Shown: one piece after another, positions 8,857 through 19,676 of the stretch | Numbering within the stretch: position 1 is the first letter of the stretch | Layout: the number at the start of each line of letters is the position of its first letter | DNA from: an uncultured Actinomycetota bacterium | GTDB taxonomy: Bacteria > Actinomycetota > Actinomycetes > JAFAQI01 | Direction: 5' to 3' | Assembly: GCA_963770565.1 (NCBI GenBank) | Contig: CAVYQE010000002.1 | Coordinates: 672,001-736,000, forward strand | DNA length: 64,000 bases | Notes under the pieces: model-generated | Database searches by the model: none | The model's input: the letters and a program-made list of their open reading frames with translations, nothing else | Told to the model about the DNA's origin: nothing | Made by a program: the position numbers and the translations under genes

Positions 8857-8872
8857 ATACCCATGGGGGTAT
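8857..8872. promoter_or_regulatory. CsoR/CstR-type operator 4 (upstream of peroxiredoxin)
   Basis: ATACCCATGGGGGTAT. Confidence 0.75.
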
Positions 8873-9141
8873 ATTCCGCGTGATCGCCAGTTCCGTGACG
8901 CCCGCATCCGCATCTTTGCCCCCTGCTCGTCCAGCGTTCTACGTGGCGCGGCTCCGCGGCTCTCCCCGCGGGTCAGCACTGGCTGATCCAGGCGCCCGCG
9001 GTGGTGTTCGCGGCCCTTCGTCGGGTCGCGCAGCACGATCCGCTGCTGCTGGCCAACGGGGTCAATCTGGCCGAAGCTGAGGCCGGCTTCGACGGTTTGA
9101 ACCCAAGCCCACTCTGGGATAGTGCACCTGTGGTCTGGTCA

Positions 9142-9546
9142 ATGCGGTTCGGCGCAGCGACGGCCAGGATCCCGTCGTTGAGTCGATCTGCTGCATTCGA
9201 TGGACACGCGCCGACGCTGCGCGACGGCAGGCGCTGTGGCGCCGTCGTGCTTCTCGTCGTGGCACTAGCGCTCTTCGTCCGTGACGTTCCTGCGCTTACG
9301 ACCGACAGCGGCGGTGTTCATCCGGCCGTGAGCCATGCGCAGTTCGTCGCACATGGCGCCCTCGGCGTCGACGCCGCCACCCTCACACGCAGCCTGGATC
9401 GCGGCGGCGCCCGCTCCGCGGAGCCCGCCGTTCAGGCCGATTCGCTCAGAGAACGCCCGGTCGATGCACCTTGGGCGAAACTGCCCGCGACCCAATGGGT
9501 GCCACCGCCTCGATCGTTGCCAACCGCCCGCGCACGCGCGCCCTGA
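9142..9546 (+). CDS. Hypothetical leader-like protein, TM segment and C-terminal RARAP
   Basis: Hydrophobic AVVLLVVALALFV, ends WVPPPRSLPTARARAP-stop; start uncertain. Confidence 0.4.
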   Translation: MRFGAATARIPSLSRSAAFDGHAPTLRDGRRCGAVVLLVVALALFVRDVPALTTDSGGVHPAVSHAQFVAHGALGVDAATLTRSLDRGGARSAEPAVQADSLRERPVDAPWAKLPATQWVPPPRSLPTARARAP

Positions 9547-9661
9547 AGCCGGTCTTCCTCCCTTCGTACTTAGTCACTGCGGCACTGCACGCGCACCTTC
9601 GGCCTTGGTAACGGCCAGCGTCCGCGCGGCCGGTGAATCAACTTCGCAGAAAGGACCGGGC

Positions 9662-10471
9662 GTGTCAGCTAGCAACACCACATCCCCGACGACAGACAGA
9701 ATCGCACGTAGCGCAGCTATCTCCGAGCCCGAGCGGAGCCCGACCGGTGTCTCGTCCCGCCTCGCCGCCATCCGCCGGGCCGCTCCGGAGGCGCTACTCG
9801 TTGTGGCCTTGTACATGGCATACACCGCGACCCGAAATCTCCTCCCGTCAGCACGTCGGAGCGCGATCGCGCGAGGACTGGCCGTGGAAAGGTTCGAGGG
9901 TTCGCTGCACCTTGACCCTGAACGCGCGCTCAACCAATTCGTGGCAAATCACGCCGTGTTGGCGAGCACGTGTGATTACTACTACGCGGTCGCCCACTTC
10001 GCGGTGACCCTCGCGGTGATGATGCTTCTATACCGACGAAGTCGGCCGACGGCACGTCGACTGGCAGCGGCCTGGTACGTCACCAACCTGCTGGCGCTGC
10101 TGGGCTTCTGGCTCTACGCGCTGGCGCCACCCAGGCTCCTTCCCGGCCGCGCATACGTCGACACTGTCGTCGTGTTCCATACCTGGGGGAGCTGGGGGAC
10201 GGGTGCGGTGGCGTCGGCCTCGAACCAATACGCCGCGATGCCCAGCCTGCACCTCGCCTGGGCGAGTTGGTGCACGGTCGGAATCTGGCACCTGACCCGA
10301 CGCCGCTCGGTGCGACTCCTTGGCGTCGCGTATCCCCTGGCGACGCTGTTCGTCGTGCTCGGCACCGCAAACCACTATCTGCTCGACGCCTTCGCGGGGG
10401 TCGTGGCGATGGCCATCGGGCTTGCGGTGGTGTGGTACGCACAAGAAACGATGGGGGGCTCGATCGGATGA
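9662..10471 (+). CDS. PAP2 family inositolphosphoceramide-synthase-like membrane protein
   Basis: APPRL, NQYAAMPSLH, TANHYLLD; RBS GAAAGGA before GTG 9662. Confidence 0.85.
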   Translation: MSASNTTSPTTDRIARSAAISEPERSPTGVSSRLAAIRRAAPEALLVVALYMAYTATRNLLPSARRSAIARGLAVERFEGSLHLDPERALNQFVANHAVLASTCDYYYAVAHFAVTLAVMMLLYRRSRPTARRLAAAWYVTNLLALLGFWLYALAPPRLLPGRAYVDTVVVFHTWGSWGTGAVASASNQYAAMPSLHLAWASWCTVGIWHLTRRRSVRLLGVAYPLATLFVVLGTANHYLLDAFAGVVAMAIGLAVVWYAQETMGGSIG

Positions 10472-10477
10472 GAGGGG

Positions 10478-10906
10478 GTGGGCCGCACTGACGATTTGCC
10501 AGGTGTGGTCGGGCCAATGCCCCCGACACACAGACACAGAATCCACGGACCTACCGAAGTGACCGCCCCGCAGGACACGTCCCAACAAGCGATCAAACCG
10601 TTGCCCGGGTGGCGTACCGGCGATCTCTCTTTCCGGGCGCTCGCGCTCGGTTACCTCCTGTTGGCGACTGCTGTGCTAGCTCTGGCCGCATCCGGCTCGT
10701 GGGTGGGCATGGCGGGCGCCGGCCTCGTCACCGCAGGCGAGATCGCCCTCGTCATCGTCTGGTCGGGCGCGCCGAATGCTGGTCAATTTGCCCGCTCCTC
10801 GCGACGGCCAGGCTTACCTCGTGGCGCCAAGCGGTCGCACCGAACTACCGGGTCGGGCGCCGATGCACCTGACGATCCGACAAGGGGCGGGTCGAGCCCC
10901 ACCTGA
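10478..10906 (+). CDS. Hypothetical membrane protein
   Basis: Two hydrophobic segments, directly after PAP2 gene. Confidence 0.4.
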   Translation: MGRTDDLPGVVGPMPPTHRHRIHGPTEVTAPQDTSQQAIKPLPGWRTGDLSFRALALGYLLLATAVLALAASGSWVGMAGAGLVTAGEIALVIVWSGAPNAGQFARSSRRPGLPRGAKRSHRTTGSGADAPDDPTRGGSSPT

Positions 10907-11222
10907 GCGAGTCGCGTCGGAATGTCGCGGCCGTCAGCGTAGGTGGCCGGCACGGGCAGCTCGACGGTCACGTTGGCGACGCTCTATGACTACGAGGCGC
11001 GGCCGGTCGGACGCACCATTGCGCCGGTGGGTCATCTCATTGCCCGGCCGAGGTTGAGCAGAACCGGCAAATTGTCGGTCGACGTCTGCTGCCGGGCGCC
11101 TCGCCATGCGGTCGCTGCCGTCGCTTGCCCGGTCTAATAGCGTATAGAGGCGGGGCCGATTCATCGAGTGCCCGGATCGCTCACGAAACCTCGGATGCCG
11201 GTTCCGGATCGGTCCGGGCCGA

Positions 11223-11252
11223 TCAGGTGAAGATGATCTGGCCGCCGGCGGC
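11223..11252 (-). pseudogene. Possible 3' remnant of DsrE2-like sulfur carrier
   Basis: AAGGQIIFT-stop in high-GC codons, no upstream gene body. Confidence 0.4.
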
Positions 11253-11300
11253 CTGCAAGCGAGTTACATCAGTGTGTTCAGCGAAAGCGCAGGTCAGCAG

Positions 11301-11389
11301 CGGAGGCTCCGGGATTTGAACCCGGGATGGGCGCGAACCCAAACCGCATTAGCAGTGCGGCGCCATAGACCGGACTAGGCGAAGCCTCC
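11301..11389 (-). tRNA. tRNA-Ser(GCT)
   Basis: GGAGGCTTCGCCTAGTCCGGTCTATGGCGCCGCACT-GCT-AATGCGG...GGTTCAAATCCCGGAGCCTCCG, long variable arm. Confidence 0.95.
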
Positions 11390-11419
11390 TCGCGGCGTTT
11401 ATCGGCCGCGTCGAAGAGG

Positions 11420-12865
11420 TTATCCCAGCGCGGTTTGCTGGTCCCGCGCCAACAACCGCTTGCCGGGCAGGCCCAGCGGGTTCCACTCGTCGATCCCTCC
11501 GTTGTTGGTCACGAACACCACCCCGCCCGCGGGGTCGGCCGTCATGCCCTCGGCCTGGAGCAGGCCGTCGAGCCGGGCGGTCGGCACCGGATTCCGCGAC
11601 CGCAGCGCGGCCGGCGAGTAGTACACGAGGTACGGGTCGTAGTGGAACGGGTTGTCGCTGCGCAGTGCGACGTACACGCCGTGCGTCGGATCGCCCGTCA
11701 CAGACCCCACCTCGAGCGGCAACCGGAGGGTCACACTCGGTGGCTCGTCGATCCGCGTCTGGTAGGTCAGCACCCGCCCCCGAGCGATCCAGATCCCGTA
11801 CGACGGGGCGGGTGCCATCAGGGTCAGGCCGGTCAGCCCGAGGTAGACGAACTGGCCGCTCGGCAGCACGCGCATGGTGCCGCTGCGGCCCGCGACCAGG
11901 ACCGAGGTCGCACTGAGCGGGATGACGAACCGCGCGCCTGCGACGGTCGACTCGCGGTCCGCACCAAGCACGCCGTCGTGCACCGCCACCACACGGTTGA
12001 CCGTCGGCTCAGTCAGCCAGGCGAAGTCCTTGGTGAAGGCCATGTCGTCGATCGCGACCGGTGGCGACGAGCGCAATGTGGTGATGGTGCCAACCGGAGT
12101 CACGGTCGCGATCGCGGTGTAGTGGAAGTCGGCCTCATTGTGCCAGGCCCAGACCTTGCCGAAGCCATAGCTGATGTGGTCGTCGGGCTGCGGCACGCGG
12201 TCGCGGCTCTGGATCGCGCCGGTCACCGGATTGCGCCCGACGACGTAGGAAATCGAGCCGCTCCTGGTCGCCCGGCTCTCGATCGTCCAGATGAGGCCGC
12301 CGCCGGTCGTCACCCCGCTCGCGAAGTCGATCAACCGCTTCGGGAACACCGCCTCGGTGACCGGCACAGCCCTGCGGACATGGTGCGGCTTGGGCGTGCG
12401 CGTCGACCCCGACCCGGACGAGCCCGCGGTCACCGCGACTGCAATCACCACCACGGCCGCGACCAACCCGGTCAGCACGCGGCGCTGTCTCACCAGCCGC
12501 AGCCGGCGAGCCAGGATCGCCAGCACCTGGTCGGCACCGAGCATCGCCGGCTCGACGACCACGGTCTCGGTCGCCTCGTCGACGTGTACGCCGGCTACCC
12601 CGACCTCCATCAGCTGGAAGTCGAGCGGCTCCTGCGGCTCCCGAGCCCGGTCGTGCATCCGGCAAGCGCGCGCCAGCGCCCGGCGTACCAAGGGAGCTGG
12701 GTCGTCCTTATCGCGGGCAAACCGCCAGCGCGCGGCGACCCGGGTCAATGCCGAGAGCGCAAGCTCCTGCGCGGTCCTCGAGTCTGCGTCGTCACAGCGC
12801 CGCGCCGCGTCCCGGACGAGATCGGGCCAGCGCTCCCGCACATAAGAGGTCAGCCGCTCGTCCAC
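11420..12865 (-). CDS. Membrane protein with degenerate ECF sigma region-2-like N-terminus and extracytoplasmic beta-rich domain
   Basis: N-term YVRERWPDLVR..AQELALSALTRVAARW..DDPAPLVRRAL; single TM; beta-propeller-like C-terminus. Confidence 0.6.
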   Translation of the reverse strand: MDERLTSYVRERWPDLVRDAARRCDDADSRTAQELALSALTRVAARWRFARDKDDPAPLVRRALARACRMHDRAREPQEPLDFQLMEVGVAGVHVDEATETVVVEPAMLGADQVLAILARRLRLVRQRRVLTGLVAAVVVIAVAVTAGSSGSGSTRTPKPHHVRRAVPVTEAVFPKRLIDFASGVTTGGGLIWTIESRATRSGSISYVVGRNPVTGAIQSRDRVPQPDDHISYGFGKVWAWHNEADFHYTAIATVTPVGTITTLRSSPPVAIDDMAFTKDFAWLTEPTVNRVVAVHDGVLGADRESTVAGARFVIPLSATSVLVAGRSGTMRVLPSGQFVYLGLTGLTLMAPAPSYGIWIARGRVLTYQTRIDEPPSVTLRLPLEVGSVTGDPTHGVYVALRSDNPFHYDPYLVYYSPAALRSRNPVPTARLDGLLQAEGMTADPAGGVVFVTNNGGIDEWNPLGLPGKRLLARDQQTALG

Positions 12866-12961
12866 GCTGTCCCTCCGCTCCGGACCGGCCGCCTACGGAT
12901 CAATCGTTTTCGGCCCGAAGTCGGTTCATTCGTACAACCCGACCGCGCCCACGGCAACCGC

Positions 12962-13043
12962 CCAAGCAATGTCACATCGCCCAGCCCTTTGTGGGGGTGA
13001 TGTCACGTTGCCCCCACGAAGTGCGGGGCAATGTGACATTGCT
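12962..13043. repeat. REP-like palindromic element family A, copy 1
   Basis: CCAAGCAATGTCACATCGCCC...GGGGCAATGTGACATTGCT; second copy at 19587. Confidence 0.8.
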
Positions 13044-14674
13044 CAGAGCGTGGTGACGTCGAGCTCGCCGTCCGCGTAGGCCTTGCGGAGTACCTTCTTG
13101 TCGAACTTCCCGACGCTGGTCTTCGGCACCGTCTCGATGATCGCCCAGCGCTCCGGCAGCCACCACTTCGCGACCCGGTCCGACAGCCACGCCCGCACCT
13201 CGTCCGGGTCGATCGACTGGCCCTCCATCGGCACCACGCACGCAAGCGGCCGCTCCTGCCAACGATCGTCCGGTACGCCGACCACGGCCGCCTCGAGGAT
13301 CGCCGGGTGCGCCATCAGTTCGACCTCGAGCTCGACCGAGGAGATCCACTCGCCGCCCGACTTGATCACGTCCTTCGAGCGGTCGGTCAGCGTGATGTAA
13401 CCCTGCGGGTCGATCGTCCCGACGTCTCCGGTCCGCAGCCATCCGTCGTCGAACTTCGCCGGGTCGTCGTCCTTGTAGTACGCGGCCGTGACCCACGGCC
13501 CGCGCACCTCCAGCTCGCCGACCGCCTTGCCGTCGCGCGGCATGATCTGGCCGGCGTCGTCCACGATCCGGCCCTCGACGCCGAACAGGAACCGGCCGGC
13601 CTTCGACTGGTAGTCCCACGCCCGCTCACCCGTGAGGCCGGCCGGCGGTTTCGCCACCGACGCGACCGGCGAGGTCTCGGTCATCCCCCAACCCTGAATG
13701 ATCGTGATGCCGAACTCCTGCTCGAACGCACTGATCAACGCCCGCGGCACCGCCGAGCCACCGCACAGCACGGCCCGCACCGTCGACAGGTCGTGCCCGG
13801 GATTCGCGCGCAGGTATTGCAAGATGTCGTTCCAGATCGTCGGCACCGCCGCCGACACCGTCACCTTCTCGGCCTCGATCAACCCGACCAGCGGCTCGGC
13901 CTGCAGGTGCCGGTCCGGCATGATCAGGTCCGCGCCGGCCATCACGGCGGCGTACGGCGTACCCCATGCGTTCGCGTGGAACATCGGAACGATCGGCATT
14001 GTCCGGTCGTCGGCACCGAGGCCGTTGTTGTTGGCGGTGCTGACCGACATCGAGTGCAACCAGCACGACCGGTGCGAGTAGGCAACCCCCTTCGGGTTGC
14101 CGGTCGTTCCGCTGGTGTAACACATCGCGGCGGCCGATCGCTCGTCGATGTCTTCCGGCCAGTCGAACGAGCTCGAGGCATCAGCCAGCACGGACTCGTA
14201 CGACAGGACCTGCTTGCCGGTCTCCTTCAGCGCACTGACATCGCCGTCACCCGTGACCAGCACGGTGTGCACCGCCGGCATCTCACCGAGCACCTTCGCG
14301 AGCAACGGCACGAGTGAGCAGTCGGCGATGATCACCTGGTCATCGGCGTGATTGGCGATGTAGACGACCTGCTCGGGGAACAACCGGATGTTCAAGGTGT
14401 GCAACACCGCGCCCATCGAGGGGATCGCGAGGTACGCCTCGAAGTGCTCGGCGTTGTTCCACATGAACGTCCCGACCCGCTGGTCGCCATCGATGCCAAG
14501 CGACCGCAAGCCGTTCGCCAGCTGGGCCGCGCGAGTCGCCGTCTCGGCGTACGAACGCCGCCTGCGCACCCCGCCCTCGCCCAGCGTCACGACCTCGCTG
14601 TCGCCGAAGACCTCGGCACCGAAGCGCAGGATCGAGCCGGTCGTGAGCGGAAAGTCCTGCATGGTGCTTCGCAC
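13043..14674 (-). CDS. Long/medium-chain fatty-acid--CoA ligase
   Basis: YTSGTTGNPKG, GWGMTE, WLRTGD, KSGGEWISS, KFDKK; start MRSTMQD. Confidence 0.92.
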   Translation of the reverse strand: MRSTMQDFPLTTGSILRFGAEVFGDSEVVTLGEGGVRRRRSYAETATRAAQLANGLRSLGIDGDQRVGTFMWNNAEHFEAYLAIPSMGAVLHTLNIRLFPEQVVYIANHADDQVIIADCSLVPLLAKVLGEMPAVHTVLVTGDGDVSALKETGKQVLSYESVLADASSSFDWPEDIDERSAAAMCYTSGTTGNPKGVAYSHRSCWLHSMSVSTANNNGLGADDRTMPIVPMFHANAWGTPYAAVMAGADLIMPDRHLQAEPLVGLIEAEKVTVSAAVPTIWNDILQYLRANPGHDLSTVRAVLCGGSAVPRALISAFEQEFGITIIQGWGMTETSPVASVAKPPAGLTGERAWDYQSKAGRFLFGVEGRIVDDAGQIMPRDGKAVGELEVRGPWVTAAYYKDDDPAKFDDGWLRTGDVGTIDPQGYITLTDRSKDVIKSGGEWISSVELEVELMAHPAILEAAVVGVPDDRWQERPLACVVPMEGQSIDPDEVRAWLSDRVAKWWLPERWAIIETVPKTSVGKFDKKVLRKAYADGELDVTTL

Positions 14675-14767
14675 TCGGGCCCCCAAAGGTCGCTGGCTGG
14701 ACGCTCGCGCGTGAAGTACGCGCACTGACATTGTGCGGTCAGGCGCCAAGAAGGGCCAGTAGGCGTT

Positions 14768-16405
14768 CTAGCGAACGGTGAGCTGCAACCGGTGCGAGTG
14801 CCCGGCGCCGTGCCGCTGTGTCGCCGCGACCACGATCCGGTAGACGTCGACGGTCTTGAGCGTCGGCCGGAAGCGGAAGATGTAGCGGCCATGCGGACCG
14901 ATCCGGGAGGTCGCCCACACGTGCCACGCGCCGTCGAAGAATCCTTCGCGCTCGACCCGCTGCCCGGCCCGGAACGGCGCCGCCCGGCCGCCGATCGTGA
15001 CCATGCTGCCCGACCGCACGGTGGTCGCCGAGATCGAGGCTGCGACCGTCGGCCGGACCACGTAGTTCTCGAACGCCTCGGATCGCGCGACGCCGGATCC
15101 GCCCGGGAAGACCGCCTCGAGCTCCGCATTGCGCTTCGGATGCAGGACCGCCGACGCCAGCCCGTTGCGGTCGGTCCTCAGCTTGCGGACCCGCACCCAG
15201 TTGCGGTCGGGCGCCTCGCGCCGGTAGATCAACACCCGCCGGTTGGGCAATGCGGTGTGGGTGTCCGCGCGTTGCAGGGTCGCCTGCAGTGGAAGCGCCG
15301 TACCGAAGGTGGCTGCCGATTTCACCTTTGCGGCGAGCGTGGTCGGGATCGCGGGGGTGACGGGCGCAGTCGGTGCAGTGGCCGGACTTGTACCCACGCT
15401 GTTGGTCGCGGTAACCGTGAAGGTGTAGGCCTGCGTGGTCGAAAGCCCGGTGACGGTCGCCGACATGGTCGAGCCACCGACCGTCATGACCTGCCCGCCG
15501 GGTGACGTTGTCACTTGGTAGCTGGTCACCGGGCTGGTGCCGGCGTCGCCGGGCATCCACGCAACCGTCACCGAAGTGCCGTTGACCACGGTGCGCACCG
15601 AAAGCGGTGCAGCCGGAGCCGAGGCAACCCAAGGCGTTGCGACCGTTCCGTTCGACAAGGTCGCCCACGGCAGGCCGCTCGTGCCGACAAACCTCGACTC
15701 GTCGACCCGCCCCACAATTCCCTTGATCCGGGCGGACGACGTGTACTGCCAGAGGTCGGAGACCGGGCCCTTCCGTACGCCGTACTCAGCCATCCACATC
15801 GGGTAGCGCGCCAGCGCCGACGGGTCGTTGATGTCGTTGGTCCAGAACGACGGATAGGTATAGAGCATCGGCGTCCGGCCGGTCAGCGTGCGCATCTCGA
15901 GGAGGAAGTCCTGCGCCCACGTCACGAGCTGGCCGGGGTTGAGGCCACCGGTCACCTCGAGGTCGAGCGCCGGCGGAAGCGTCCCCGCCACGTTCACCGG
16001 TCCGATGGTCTGCGCGAAGAAATTCGCCTGCGCTCGTGCGGTAACACCAACCGGAAGGCCGGGCCGCGCGAAGTGGTACGAGCCGTGCACCAGGCCGGCC
16101 GCAGCCGCATCGGCGTAGTCATTGGAGTAGGGCCCGGCGAAGTAGGGATTGACGTACGACGTGCCCTCGGTGGCCTTGACGATCGCGAACTCCTTGCCCG
16201 CCCTCTTCACCTGCTTCCAGTTGATCGGCTGGCCGTGCGGGTGCGCCTTTGTTGGGTGCGGGTGCTGGTAGGACGCGACGTCCGGGCCGTCGTACACCTT
16301 CCCGGCGGACGCTGAGGACATCGAGCCGGTCGCCACCGGAACCGCGACCGCCGCCACGACGGCGGCGGTGGTGAACACGCGGACGAGGGTGGCGCGACGG
16401 TGCAT
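14768..16405 (-). CDS. Secreted GH25 muramidase with FN3 and C-terminal Ig-like domains
   Basis: Signal peptide, GPDVASYQ, IVKATEG, GSYHFA, ALDLE, WQYTSS; FN3 YTFTVTATNSVG. Confidence 0.88.
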   Translation of the reverse strand: MHRRATLVRVFTTAAVVAAVAVPVATGSMSSASAGKVYDGPDVASYQHPHPTKAHPHGQPINWKQVKRAGKEFAIVKATEGTSYVNPYFAGPYSNDYADAAAAGLVHGSYHFARPGLPVGVTARAQANFFAQTIGPVNVAGTLPPALDLEVTGGLNPGQLVTWAQDFLLEMRTLTGRTPMLYTYPSFWTNDINDPSALARYPMWMAEYGVRKGPVSDLWQYTSSARIKGIVGRVDESRFVGTSGLPWATLSNGTVATPWVASAPAAPLSVRTVVNGTSVTVAWMPGDAGTSPVTSYQVTTSPGGQVMTVGGSTMSATVTGLSTTQAYTFTVTATNSVGTSPATAPTAPVTPAIPTTLAAKVKSAATFGTALPLQATLQRADTHTALPNRRVLIYRREAPDRNWVRVRKLRTDRNGLASAVLHPKRNAELEAVFPGGSGVARSEAFENYVVRPTVAASISATTVRSGSMVTIGGRAAPFRAGQRVEREGFFDGAWHVWATSRIGPHGRYIFRFRPTLKTVDVYRIVVAATQRHGAGHSHRLQLTVR

Positions 16406-16579
16406 CAGGCTTTCTCCGACCGTGGGGACGAGGCGGGAGCATGCGGCTTTGTCACACGCTCTCCTGTTTGTACGGCACCCCAGCCACACCACTTAACCGG
16501 ATGGACCAAGGTCATCTCCAGAACTATTAGGTCTGCAAAACAGTTTGATTGTACGAAGCAATTGTTGTACCGTGTTCGG

Positions 16580-19566
<2,987 letters not shown>

Positions 19567-19586
19567 ACCCAGGACCGTAACAAGGA

Positions 19587-19671
19587 CCAAGCAATGTCAC
19601 ATTGCCCCCCACTCCGTGGGGGCAATGTGACACCACCCCAGGAAAGACCGGGGCAATGTGACATTGCTTGG
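19587..19671. repeat. REP-like palindromic element family A, copy 2
   Basis: 22-bp perfect terminal IR CCAAGCAATGTCACATTGCCCC...GGGGCAATGTGACATTGCTTGG. Confidence 0.85.
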
Positions 19672-19676
19672 CAGGG

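Noticed and set aside
10943-11137. Short ORFs near the tRNA as an integrase remnant
   Set aside because: No tyrosine or serine recombinase motifs visible.
12962-13043. Triple repeated units as a mini CRISPR array
   Set aside because: Units are inverted relative to each other, spacers are short and there are no cas genes.
16538-16573. Imperfect palindrome upstream of marR
   Set aside because: Too many mismatches to call an operator confidently.
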